Virus record (IMG/VR): IMGVR_UViG_3300033144_004328
Span: 1 to 52,545 of that record
Reading direction: 5' to 3' (one strand)
Origin: a virus
Lineage: Duplodnaviria > Caudoviricetes
DNA length: 52,545 nucleotides
The notes beneath the pieces are model-generated. The model ran no database searches. It had not been told where the DNA came from and worked only from the letters and a program-made list of their open reading frames with translations. This document shows positions 1 to 9,280 of this stretch, one piece after another; within the stretch, counting starts at the first letter, position 1, and every line of letters begins with the position of its first letter. Both the position numbers and the translations under genes were made by a program.

Positions 1-2
1 AG

Positions 3-1175
3 CAGCGTGTCGGCAAGGCTCTGACCTCTGATACGGCCAAGGGCGTCGCCCATGCCTTAGCTCGTGCTGGTGTTGGGACTGCGGGCGGTGGGGCAGTGGG
101 CGCTGGAACTGGGGCGTTGGCTGGGGGTGTGAGTGCCGGATACAGGGAGCGAAAGTCCAAGGGGGGTAAGGGCTTCAAGAAGGGCTTTGGCGAGGGTGCT
201 AGGGTCGGCGCCAGAAGTGGTGCGCGATCTGGCGCTGTCATGGGTGGGGTGCTTGGTGCTGGGGCTGGCGGCGTCAAGGCTCTGGAGCGATTTGCGAAGG
301 CCCCAAAGTCCGTGACCATGAGGCATGGTGGGTGGTTTGGGCCTTCGGATTGGGGAGGTACCCTAGGCGGGCTGGCCGGTGGCCATCGTGGGGCGGAGCG
401 TGCTACAGCGGCTAGCCGTGTGAAGAAGCGCGAGGCTAAGCACGAGAAGCAGCCCAGTCCCAAGACAGAGCGCAAGCTCCTCAAGGCGCGGTCCCAGCTC
501 GAGAAAGCGCTGCAGCGTCGCAAGAAGTCCGGCCTTGATCTCGAGGGCAAGAAGGTCAAGAAGGCCGCCGACTTCGCGGGACGGATCATGGCCCACCTCA
601 TGAAGACGGGCGAGAGCGTGAGGTGGCACGACATCAAGGCCAAGGTCCGCAACCCCGTCGACATTCGGAACATGTCCAAGACCCAGAAGGCTACGGCGCG
701 TGCCGGCGGGAAGGTGGGGCGCGCAGGCCGCAAGGCAGTCCTCGCTATCAAGAGCAAGCTGCAGAAGAAGTCCGAGATCACGAAGATCTCTGCGCCTGTA
801 GGACCGGAGGAGCGAGCCCAGCTGATTGCGGGCCATAAGGCCAAGCAGGACAAGCTCGAGAAGCGGTTCGGCTACAGGAGTGCAGCCGATATTGTGGCGC
901 CAAAGGCCTCGAAGCGTGCCCGCTCCAAAGCAAGCCGGAAGGTCAGTACCAGGATCGGTGAGATCGGGCACGATGTATCGAAGGGCGCTCGGAGTTTCGC
1001 ATCTGATGTTGCCAAGGGTTACCGCGGCAAGCAGAAGACCTCGTCCTATGCCTGCGGTAGTTGTGGCAAGATGACGAAGACCTCTGCCCTCGGCAAGTGT
1101 GCGATGTGCGGCTCCAAGCACAAGACGGCCTCGGCTGAGGAGATGCGCGCCTACATGGAGAAGGCTACGCGGTAG
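3..1175 (+). CDS. Basic glycine-zipper protein with K-x-[AS] motifs and C-terminal CxxC..CxxC; 5'-truncated; probable virion/internal head protein
   Basis: Frame is open from nt 3, so the start lies upstream of the window. GxxxG-rich hydrophobic segments; KKAA, KISA, KTSS, KTSA, KTAS motifs; CGSC...CAMC; structural-module context. Function is inferred. Confidence 0.6.
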   Translation, partial: QRVGKALTSDTAKGVAHALARAGVGTAGGGAVGAGTGALAGGVSAGYRERKSKGGKGFKKGFGEGARVGARSGARSGAVMGGVLGAGAGGVKALERFAKAPKSVTMRHGGWFGPSDWGGTLGGLAGGHRGAERATAASRVKKREAKHEKQPSPKTERKLLKARSQLEKALQRRKKSGLDLEGKKVKKAADFAGRIMAHLMKTGESVRWHDIKAKVRNPVDIRNMSKTQKATARAGGKVGRAGRKAVLAIKSKLQKKSEITKISAPVGPEERAQLIAGHKAKQDKLEKRFGYRSAADIVAPKASKRARSKASRKVSTRIGEIGHDVSKGARSFASDVAKGYRGKQKTSSYACGSCGKMTKTSALGKCAMCGSKHKTASAEEMRAYMEKATR

Positions 1176-1178
1176 ACC

Positions 1179-2072
1179 ATGCTCCACGTCACAAACCTCA
1201 AGGTCTTCAGTGTCGAGCTTGATCACCTCGACATGTCGTGGGAGATCGAGAACACGACCGAAGACCCCTGGGACTACACCTTCACCATGGAGCGGAGTGA
1301 GTCAGCCCTTGGCCCATGGGACACGGTAAGCCCTGCGTTCACAGACAAGTACCTGTTCCGCGACGTGGACGTGAATCTCCTCCACAGGTGGCGGAAGTTC
1401 TTCTATAGGATCAAGGTCACGGCAAAGTCCGACTCCTCGACTTGGGACTCGGAGCCAGCGGCCTTGGGGGCGAAGCCAGACCTCATCGCCCTAGAGGTTC
1501 GACGGCAAGAGCTGGTCCTCATGAGAGAGTACATCGGCAGGAGGTGCTGGATCTTCCCGCGCCGCACCTTCGGTCAGAGGTGTACGTGCTACGACCCCGT
1601 GTCCGGACACAGCATCGGGTCTCAGTGCCTGGACTGCTTCGACACCACCTACGTCCGAGGGTACTTGGACCCCATCGAGATGTACGTGCAGTTTGACCCG
1701 TCGTCCAAGCACACCCAGCAGCTACAGATCGGTGAGACTCAGCAAGACAACACCACGGCCCGTCTCATTGACTTCCCACCCTTGAAGCCCAAAGATATAA
1801 TCGTGGAGGCAGAGAACCGAAGGTGGCGCGTGGCGCAGGTCAATACCACAGAGAGGTTGAGGGCGACCTTGCACCAGGAGATCGTGGTTCATGCGGTCCC
1901 GCTGTCGGACATCGAGTTCAAGCTCCCTATCCACATCGCCGACCTCGAGGCGATGCAGCCATCTCCGGAGCGGGCGTTCACGAACCCGCACAACCTCGAG
2001 GGGCACAAGGACGAAGAGTTCTTTGAGGCTGCTGTGGCTGTGTACGGGTACCGCGGAAGGTCAGGACATTGA
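1179..2072 (+). CDS. Putative head-closure/neck protein (Ig/FN3-like N-terminus plus Cys-rich head-completion-like domain)
   Basis: N-terminal beta-sandwich pattern (LDMSW...FTMERS...FFYRIKV); RCTC...CLDCFDT; C-terminal KPKDIIVE..NRRWRV; lies upstream of the tail genes. Confidence 0.55.
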   Translation: MLHVTNLKVFSVELDHLDMSWEIENTTEDPWDYTFTMERSESALGPWDTVSPAFTDKYLFRDVDVNLLHRWRKFFYRIKVTAKSDSSTWDSEPAALGAKPDLIALEVRRQELVLMREYIGRRCWIFPRRTFGQRCTCYDPVSGHSIGSQCLDCFDTTYVRGYLDPIEMYVQFDPSSKHTQQLQIGETQQDNTTARLIDFPPLKPKDIIVEAENRRWRVAQVNTTERLRATLHQEIVVHAVPLSDIEFKLPIHIADLEAMQPSPERAFTNPHNLEGHKDEEFFEAAVAVYGYRGRSGH

Positions 2073-3226
2073 TCAGTACTGACCATATGGATGGCATGGG
2101 CATCGAGCTCATGAAGATCGCCATAGACGAGAAGTCGAAGCGTCGCATGGCGTCCGCTGCCATCACAGGTGGTGCAGTGGCTGGGAGCGGTGCCCTTGGC
2201 GCGGCGCTCACAGACGCGGCTCGGTACGCGCTGGTGCGAAAGGGCATCATCGACAAGCCCAAGGCTCTCAAGATCGGCAGGCTCGCAGGCGGGGCAGCTA
2301 TCGCCTTGCCTCTCAGCCTGGCCACCATGGGCACCGGCTACTTGATGCGGGAGCAACAGGCCAAGCAGCGAGAGAAGATCGAAGCTGCCATGGCGGGCAA
2401 GAAGAAGACAGCATCGGAGACGTTCTGGACTCCCGACCTGCCAAAGGCCGCCCCCGTAACGAGGTCCGACATCTCTAAGTGGGAAGGTCGAATGCGGAAG
2501 GAGCAGCCCCGCGGGCATGGAGCTGGCGGGGCCATCCTTGGCGGAGCAGGTGGACTGATTGGTAGCGCCTTCAGCCGCGAGATGCTGAAGAGGGCTCCGG
2601 GCAAGGCCGGTAAGGTTCTGCCCATCGTCCTACCTGTGGCGGGTGCCGCGGTCGGTGCGGGGCTAGGCTACCGAAAGGGGAAGCGAGTCGCAGAAAAGCA
2701 GATCAAGGGCATGACGCCTGGGAAGTTCCAACTCAGTGCAGATCTTCGGGCGTCTAAAAGGGCTCTTGAAGAGGGCAAGATCGACCAAGCCAAGTTTGAC
2801 AAGGCTTTCCTGAGCTACCTTGACGAGAGGAATCGGCTGGGTCAGGAGGCTTCTAAGCAGAAGACGGCTCTTGCCGCAGCCGCCGTCGGCCGCACACTGG
2901 GTAAGGCCACTGGGCTCACCGGCAAGACACTAAAGGGTGGTGTTGGTGGCGCAGCATTTGGTGGCGCATTGGGTGGCGGCATCGGCGCCGCTACTGCTGG
3001 TGAGGGCAAGAGGCTCGAGGGCCTTACTCGTGGAGCTTTGCTTGGCGCAGCCGCTGGTGGCTTGGGTGGAGCAGTTGGTGCCCACGGCAAGGGCGTAAAG
3101 GGCGCTAAGATCTTCGCTTACGGGGCGCCGGCTACTGGAGCGGCTGGCGGCTTGAGCTCAAGGTTCGGGATGGAGATACCCCGTCGACGGCCTCAGCCCC
3201 AGCAGTACTATAGGGGCAGGGCGTGA
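2069..3226 (+). CDS. Glycine-zipper protein with ELMKIA/KTAS/KTAL motifs; probable virion protein
   Basis: Several GxxxG/AxxxG hydrophobic helices; start overlaps the previous stop (TTGA). Confidence 0.6.
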   Translation: MISTDHMDGMGIELMKIAIDEKSKRRMASAAITGGAVAGSGALGAALTDAARYALVRKGIIDKPKALKIGRLAGGAAIALPLSLATMGTGYLMREQQAKQREKIEAAMAGKKKTASETFWTPDLPKAAPVTRSDISKWEGRMRKEQPRGHGAGGAILGGAGGLIGSAFSREMLKRAPGKAGKVLPIVLPVAGAAVGAGLGYRKGKRVAEKQIKGMTPGKFQLSADLRASKRALEEGKIDQAKFDKAFLSYLDERNRLGQEASKQKTALAAAAVGRTLGKATGLTGKTLKGGVGGAAFGGALGGGIGAATAGEGKRLEGLTRGALLGAAAGGLGGAVGAHGKGVKGAKIFAYGAPATGAAGGLSSRFGMEIPRRRPQPQQYYRGRA

Positions 3227-4068
3227 CATCATCTACGGTACAGGTTCGTGCTCCGCTGTTGGGCAGCGACTCGTTCTCGTCGTGGGGTGAGAACCCGCTG
3301 TTCCATGTCACGAGACTGTGCCTGGCTTTTGTGCAGGGCCTGTTCAGCTACGCAGACACTGGGGCCTTCCATTGGGAGGAAGCCCACGAGGACACCGAGA
3401 TCATTATTCAGGATGAGCAGCCAATCCACACCGACGTCGTCGGGAAGAGGCCTGCCATCATCACAGTGCGTAGTCCTGTGGCGTGGGCTGGTATCGCTCT
3501 GGACCAACTCCAGGACTACGACTTCAAGACCGGTGCCCGAACACATACCGACATGCTCTCTGGCAACATGACCTTCAACTGCATGAGCAGGGTCAAGGTA
3601 GAGGCAGAGCTCGTGGCGTGGTTGGTGGCTAGGCACTGTTGGATTCTTCGCAGGATCATGCTGCGGTCTGGCTTTCATGACTTCGGTCAGCGAAACCAGA
3701 TTCTCGCAGCCTCCCCGCCCGGTAGCATCATTACCGGAGCGCAAGAAGCAGAGATCATCAACGTGCCTGTCGTTGTACCGTTCCACTTCCAATGGCAGGA
3801 CCAGATCGAAACCAGGAACCAGGACGTAGTATCCGCTATCGAGAGTAGGATCTGCGCCCTTGGTCCGCAGGAATTTCGCCCAACGCCAGTTGCAGAGGGC
3901 GGCAGCCCTGGTCCCGGCATCAGAGGCACGGGACTGGGAGCCAGGGTCAGCGGTCTACGGAATCTACGGCATCCTTCGATTAGTGGTCGCGTGCTGACGC
4001 TCACTACTCGTACGTTGCCTAATTCCCAACAGCCCGCTGATCCGGTTTGTCAGATCGTAACAACGTAG
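3223..4068 (+). CDS. Putative tail completion/terminator protein
   Basis: Directly upstream of sheath; RPAIITVR and MTFNCMSR..EAELVA patterns resemble tail-terminator folds; the call rests mainly on position. Confidence 0.5.
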   Translation: MTSSTVQVRAPLLGSDSFSSWGENPLFHVTRLCLAFVQGLFSYADTGAFHWEEAHEDTEIIIQDEQPIHTDVVGKRPAIITVRSPVAWAGIALDQLQDYDFKTGARTHTDMLSGNMTFNCMSRVKVEAELVAWLVARHCWILRRIMLRSGFHDFGQRNQILAASPPGSIITGAQEAEIINVPVVVPFHFQWQDQIETRNQDVVSAIESRICALGPQEFRPTPVAEGGSPGPGIRGTGLGARVSGLRNLRHPSISGRVLTLTTRTLPNSQQPADPVCQIVTT

Positions 4069-4078
4069 GAGGAATGTC

Positions 4079-7000
4079 ATGGCAGCAGCCGCAGAGCTTC
4101 CGCAGCCCGGAGTAGAGGTCATTCAGCAGCTTCGGACCGTCACGCCAGTGATCGTGGCGCCGACGCTGGCACCTTGCATCATGGGTGTGTGCAAGCAGAT
4201 CCTCGAGGTCCTGGAGGATGATGGGACGGTGAACGCCGATGCCCTGGCCACGGGTCCGGCCGTCGCAACGGCGCCCAACGCCCAGGCCTCGTACGACATC
4301 GACACCGAGACCCTCATCGTCTCCATCGGGGGCGGGCCCAATCAGACCTTCACGTTCTCCGGAAGCGACCCCCTGACGGCGACGGTTGCGGCTGCGAACA
4401 TCAACGCGGCCGCCATCGCTCCCGTGGGGTTCGCGGCCTACGCCTACAACGATGGGTCGAACAACTACCTCCAGCTCCGGACCACGACGTCTGGATCCGG
4501 CGCATCCATCAAGATCATTGGCGGCACGGCGCTGGTCGACCTCGGGTGGGACTCGAACGTCGGGTACACGTACTTCGGCATCGGGACCTACACGAACCGG
4601 AACGAGTTCATCCCGCAAACGTCGCTGCCCGACCCCCGCGGCATCATGGACGAGATCGACGTCGAGGAGGCAACGATTCGGTGCTTCGTGGACGTCGGCT
4701 CCGAGGTTCGTGAGTTCCTCGACACAGAATCCTTCCTTCGGAACGGAACCACGGTCATCACCGTGGACGATGCTGATGGGGACGCAACGACCCCGCTGTT
4801 CCTGCTCGAGTCCGGTGGCGAGAACTTGCTCGGTGCAGCGACTGCCGCTGTCCACACCGGCAACGTTGACCTCACGGTCGCGAAGGCCATCCATGGTCAG
4901 ACCTTGATCATGGGCATTGATGGTGGCGCGAAGCAGACCCTCACCCTCGTGGGTCAGCCTATCGTGTCGATCATCTCCACGACGCCTTGGGACTATGTCG
5001 CCGATCTTCAGAGCAAGGACATCGTCTTCACGGTCAACGGCACCACGGTGACCTGCACGTTCTCAGCTGGGGTGGCCGACATCGATGGGGTAGTCTCTGA
5101 GATCAACGCTGCGGCTGTTGCAGTGCTCGGGGCCGGCACCATCATCGCCTATCGCTGTGACGAGTTCGGTGACGTCAACGCGGCGGGCGACTACATGGGT
5201 ATGTTCTATGGCGGGGCTCCGCCGACCATCGTCGCTAACACCTCAATCATCGTCGAGGACTCGGCTGGGGGCTCCACCGCCGCTACCGTCACGGACCTGT
5301 TCGGCTCCGACACCCACTTCTACCAGAACAACACTGGTGACAAGGCCGACCCGAGTCAGCCCATCGACGACATCGAGGCGCAGATCGACACTCTTTGGGG
5401 CGGCAACGTCGCAGCCATCGACGGGTCGGACTTCCTCGTCCTGACATCGGCCACGGTCGGAGTGGAGTCCAAGATCGACATCGACTCTAACTCTACGTCA
5501 CTGACCAACCTCGGTCTCACGGCAGCCGTCTACAACGGAGTCGCCTTCCCGATCCGAAGTGGGGACGCTTTCTACGCTGATGGCAGCTACATCGGCGACG
5601 TCCTCGAGGTCCATCCCGGTGCGGTCATGGGCCGTATTAGGGTGAGCAGTGAGGTCGCAATCACGTCGACGTACTCGACCTGGTACATCATCTCCAAGAA
5701 CCTCAACACTCTGGATCGAGCCACGGAGTGGGGCATCATCGCTCCCACCGCCGACTTCTGGGTTGACACCCAGGGCGACATCCGTGTGAAGCATGACATC
5801 CTCAGGGACACGGCGGGCGATCCTGTCGCTACGGCGACGGTGAACATGTACTTCGCCTATACCGCCCTCAGGCTGGACGTGAGCCCGGACGCTGAGGAGC
5901 CGGCGCTCCTGGCCTTCGACGACGTCGACGACCTCGACGACGCTCTGGGCCCGCTGACCCCGGCCAACCCCCTGGGGTACGGCCTGAGCCTGGCGCTGCA
6001 GAATGCTGGCGCTGTGCGGGTCTATGGTATCGGTGTCGGCGATGACGCTGCGGACATGCCCTACGGCACCGTCACTGCCTGGCAGGAGGCCTACGACTTC
6101 TTGGAGGCTCAGGGAGTCTATGCTCTGGCCCCCATGACCGATGACTTGGAGTCTGTCCTTCTGGGCCGGACCCATGTTCTCGCCATGTCTCAGCCTGAGG
6201 AAAAGGGCGAGCGCATCCTGATCTGCTACCTGGGTCGGCCAGCTCGGAAGGCGGACACCATCGTGGGTTCTGGGACTGACGGCGACAAGCTGTCGGCCAC
6301 CACCTTCGATACCAAGATCTCGAACCTGTCCCAGCTCCTGCTGGCAGCGGGTGTCGACCCCGGCAGCATCGCAGTGGGCGACGACGTGTTCCTCGACATC
6401 GCCACGGACTCGAAGAACTACAACGTCACGGGTATCAACGGCTCCGTGGTCACGATCAACACCACCTTCACCAGCGTCCAGAACACGGATGGCTTCTACT
6501 CGCTGGCGGACCTCACGACCCTCACCCTCATCTCCGAGACCTTCTCCGTGAAGGTGCGAGGCGCCGCAATCGCCTCAACCTCTGCGGGCAAGAGCGACGA
6601 GATCACCACCATCATCGCGCGCGGTAGCTCCTTCGGGAGCCGGCGCGTGTGGATGCAGCAGCTCGACCAGGCTCGGGCCACTGTGGAGAGTGTCGACTCG
6701 CTGATTCCTGGCTTCTTCGTCTGCGCCGCCAAGGCAGGCATGGTAGCTGGCAACCCGCCGTCGATGCCCTTCACCAACTTCCCGATGACGGGCTTCACTG
6801 GCTTCACGGGGAGCCACGAGATCTACACCACGCGCCAGCTCAACCAAGGTGCGGGTGGCGGGGCGGACTGGGTCGTCCAGACTGCAGAGGGAGTTCCCCT
6901 GGTGTCTCGGCACCAGGTCACCACGGACCTGACCTCGGTGGAGACCACGGAGCAGTCCATCACGAAGGCTTTGGACTACGTGTCCATCTTCATGAGGATC

Positions 7001-7228
7001 GGCCTCCGGAACTTCATCGGCAGGTACAACATCACGGACACCTTCCTGGATACCCTGGCCAGTGTCGTGCAGGGTCAGCTCCAGTGGCTGATGGATCACA
7101 AGATCATCGCCCAGGGAGAGGTCAACAACATCATCCAGGACGCCGACAATCCGACTCGGGTTCTGATCGACTGCACCGTGCAGCCGTACTACCCGTGCAA
7201 CTATATCCGCCTGACGCTCGTGGTCTGA
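4079..7228 (+). CDS. Contractile tail sheath protein (1049 aa, with inserted beta-rich domains)
   Basis: N-terminal PQPGVEV; sheath-like C-terminus (RHQVTTD...EQSITKALDY...NFIGRYNI...VQPYYPCNYIRLTL); AGGAGG RBS; strongly C-ending codons; followed by a tube-sized gene. Confidence 0.88.
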   Translation: MAAAAELPQPGVEVIQQLRTVTPVIVAPTLAPCIMGVCKQILEVLEDDGTVNADALATGPAVATAPNAQASYDIDTETLIVSIGGGPNQTFTFSGSDPLTATVAAANINAAAIAPVGFAAYAYNDGSNNYLQLRTTTSGSGASIKIIGGTALVDLGWDSNVGYTYFGIGTYTNRNEFIPQTSLPDPRGIMDEIDVEEATIRCFVDVGSEVREFLDTESFLRNGTTVITVDDADGDATTPLFLLESGGENLLGAATAAVHTGNVDLTVAKAIHGQTLIMGIDGGAKQTLTLVGQPIVSIISTTPWDYVADLQSKDIVFTVNGTTVTCTFSAGVADIDGVVSEINAAAVAVLGAGTIIAYRCDEFGDVNAAGDYMGMFYGGAPPTIVANTSIIVEDSAGGSTAATVTDLFGSDTHFYQNNTGDKADPSQPIDDIEAQIDTLWGGNVAAIDGSDFLVLTSATVGVESKIDIDSNSTSLTNLGLTAAVYNGVAFPIRSGDAFYADGSYIGDVLEVHPGAVMGRIRVSSEVAITSTYSTWYIISKNLNTLDRATEWGIIAPTADFWVDTQGDIRVKHDILRDTAGDPVATATVNMYFAYTALRLDVSPDAEEPALLAFDDVDDLDDALGPLTPANPLGYGLSLALQNAGAVRVYGIGVGDDAADMPYGTVTAWQEAYDFLEAQGVYALAPMTDDLESVLLGRTHVLAMSQPEEKGERILICYLGRPARKADTIVGSGTDGDKLSATTFDTKISNLSQLLLAAGVDPGSIAVGDDVFLDIATDSKNYNVTGINGSVVTINTTFTSVQNTDGFYSLADLTTLTLISETFSVKVRGAAIASTSAGKSDEITTIIARGSSFGSRRVWMQQLDQARATVESVDSLIPGFFVCAAKAGMVAGNPPSMPFTNFPMTGFTGFTGSHEIYTTRQLNQGAGGGADWVVQTAEGVPLVSRHQVTTDLTSVETTEQSITKALDYVSIFMRIGLRNFIGRYNITDTFLDTLASVVQGQLQWLMDHKIIAQGEVNNIIQDADNPTRVLIDCTVQPYYPCNYIRLTLVV

Positions 7229-7277
7229 GAGGACAGGGGAACGTGGCGTACTGTAGAATCAACTCGAGGAGGACCTG

Positions 7278-7982
7278 ATGGGCACCTTCGGAACGTGGAA
7301 CCCCTACACCTCTCACGTGCAGGGCGGAATGGCAGACGGCAGGTTCGTCAGTGGTGGGCTCACCCTCATCGCTGCCGGACCTCCGCGTCTCGGCGAGCTC
7401 GGCGGGGCATCGGCCCTAGCTGGACAGCTCAGCTCTGGGGAGAGCGACATCGTCTACCCCATCGCTGCGCTGCAGAACGTCAACATGTCCCAGAACAAGA
7501 CCTTCATGAGGGTCTGGGAGCTGGGATCAGAACGCAGCTACTTCATCGGTGCTCGGACCGTGGGACAGCTCGCCCTTTCGAGGGTGTACTATCACGGTCC
7601 GTCGCTGCTCCGGTGCCTGTACTCGTACTACCAGGACGAGATCGGGCCGGTTCAGGTGCCGTGGGTGTTCCCGAACCCAGGTGCCGCCGCCGTGGCCAAC
7701 CCCCACGACGTGCAGATTCCACCGGGGTACGAGAACCTGTTCTTGAACCTGGCCTCGGACATGTTCAACCAGCCCATCGGCCTGATGATGTACCTCAGGG
7801 ACTCGAACCTCGACACCATCGGGGCGATCTACCTGGAGTCCGTCGTCATCCCGAACCACACCTGGGCGACCGATGCTCAGGGCACCATCGTGCAGGAGAC
7901 CGCCGCCATGCAGTACGAGCGGGTCGTGCCGGTGGCCGTGACGTCGCTGGCTCTAGTGTCTGGGCTCGAGGTAGCGGCATAG
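7278..7982 (+). CDS. Tail tube protein
   Basis: Immediately after sheath; beta-rich pattern LQNVNMSQ...WELGS...GQLALSR...IYLE...VQETAAMQYE; GAGGAGG RBS. Confidence 0.75.
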   Translation: MGTFGTWNPYTSHVQGGMADGRFVSGGLTLIAAGPPRLGELGGASALAGQLSSGESDIVYPIAALQNVNMSQNKTFMRVWELGSERSYFIGARTVGQLALSRVYYHGPSLLRCLYSYYQDEIGPVQVPWVFPNPGAAAVANPHDVQIPPGYENLFLNLASDMFNQPIGLMMYLRDSNLDTIGAIYLESVVIPNHTWATDAQGTIVQETAAMQYERVVPVAVTSLALVSGLEVAA

Positions 7983-8017
7983 TGTAGGTGCATGTGGGGC
8001 CTGCGTAGGCGCCTGAG

Positions 8018-9268
8018 ATGGCCCTGAGCCGGTCTCTGTGGGGCGCTAGCATGAATGACGTAGGTGGAGCCGTTTCCAGCCCTCAGGACGCAGGTGAGGG
8101 CAGTCTCGCACGATCCCTCGCGGGTATGGCCCGTGCTTCGGCCTCGGATTCGACGTCTTGGGCCATAAAGACGGCCGCAGCTGTACGTATGGGTCGTATC
8201 CGCGCCCACACCTCCCCACATGACCTCGAGGTACTCAGCAAGGAGGCTCGGGGCACATCCTTGATCAATACGCTCAGTACAGTGGCTGCTAGGTTGAAGC
8301 CGGCGGCCAAGAGCGTCAGCAAGGCTGTTGAGAACGTCACCCCGAAGCACGTCAGCGCCGTCGAGAGGAGCTTGCAGCGTGCTCCTCGAGAAGAGCTGCT
8401 GGAACGTGTGATCAAGATGTCGCCCAAGCTCGATGAGGGTGGCAGGGCGATGATGGGCAAGCTCACTGACGCCGGCCTGAAGAAGAAGTTGGTTCGGCTC
8501 GAGTCGAAGGCTGGTCGTAACAAGGCCAAGGCCGTCGTACCCAAGGAAGAGGTGGTGGGTAAGGCAGCCCCTGGCAAGATCGACATGAAGAATCTCGACG
8601 TGTCAGCTACTCCGCAGCGAGCCGGAGTGACACCCGCGGTGAAGCCGTCGGTCAATCCCTTGGCGGGTACGCACGCAGCTACACCACCCGTGAGGACGCA
8701 AGCCCCGTCATTTGGTACTGGTGGGACGCCGATTGCCCCAGCTCGTTCTGCTGCACAGGCAGCACCTGCAGGACGGCCTCTTGGCCCACCGTCCATCGGC
8801 ATGGGTGGACCTGCGCCTGTCGGATCCTTGCGAGCTCCTGCCCCAGCCCCAGCAGGGGGCATTACTACACGGCAGGCAATGATAGGTGGGGGCGTGCTAG
8901 GGACTGGTGGGATTGCGGCCGGTACTCTGGCATCTAGGCAGCCACAGCCCCGTCCTATGCGTCCCATGTTGCCTAAGGTCGGCGCTGAGAAGGAAGCCGG
9001 CCTCGTGACTACCGCTGTCCAGGGCATCAAGAATCTGGCTAAGGGCACCAAGGCGGGTGTTGATGCGGCTGCCAAGTCCAAGGCTTTGATCCCATGGGGC
9101 GCTAAGGCAGGCATTGGGGTGGGAGCTCTTGGTCTTGGCGGCGCCGCTCTCTATGGGGGCGTCAAGGGTGTCGGCTACATGAACCGGAAGAAGAAAGAGT
9201 TCCAAACCAGGCCGTACCGGCATGGTGCCATGGGCGTTCAGCCTTGGCAGCGCACACAACAGATGTAG
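8018..9268 (+). CDS. Pro/Ala-rich glycine-zipper protein with KTAA/KEAR/KVGA/KEAG motifs; probable virion protein
   Basis: Two C-terminal Gly-rich hydrophobic helices; start uncertain (8018 or 8051). Confidence 0.55.
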   Translation: MALSRSLWGASMNDVGGAVSSPQDAGEGSLARSLAGMARASASDSTSWAIKTAAAVRMGRIRAHTSPHDLEVLSKEARGTSLINTLSTVAARLKPAAKSVSKAVENVTPKHVSAVERSLQRAPREELLERVIKMSPKLDEGGRAMMGKLTDAGLKKKLVRLESKAGRNKAKAVVPKEEVVGKAAPGKIDMKNLDVSATPQRAGVTPAVKPSVNPLAGTHAATPPVRTQAPSFGTGGTPIAPARSAAQAAPAGRPLGPPSIGMGGPAPVGSLRAPAPAPAGGITTRQAMIGGGVLGTGGIAAGTLASRQPQPRPMRPMLPKVGAEKEAGLVTTAVQGIKNLAKGTKAGVDAAAKSKALIPWGAKAGIGVGALGLGGAALYGGVKGVGYMNRKKKEFQTRPYRHGAMGVQPWQRTQQM

Positions 9269-9270
9269 TG

Positions 9271-9280
9271 TGGTACAAGA
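9271..9280 (+). promoter_or_regulatory. Phage promoter-like motif TGGTACAAGA
   Basis: Copy of the recurrent motif, just after the last structural gene and at the start of the structured island. Confidence 0.7.

Noticed and set aside
7254-7259. TAGAAT upstream of the tube gene as a late promoter
   Set aside because: Single occurrence with no -35 and no second example to support it
4079-7982. Bacterial eCIS, tailocin or T6SS locus
   Set aside because: Surrounded by about 40 kb of small overlapping phage-style ORFs with no housekeeping genes; a phage is the simpler reading
363-9114. Long antisense or alternative-frame ORFs (e.g. 363-1226, 4019-4894, 7295-7987, 8083-9114)
   Set aside because: Shadows of GC3-biased genes; no RBS or recognisable motifs
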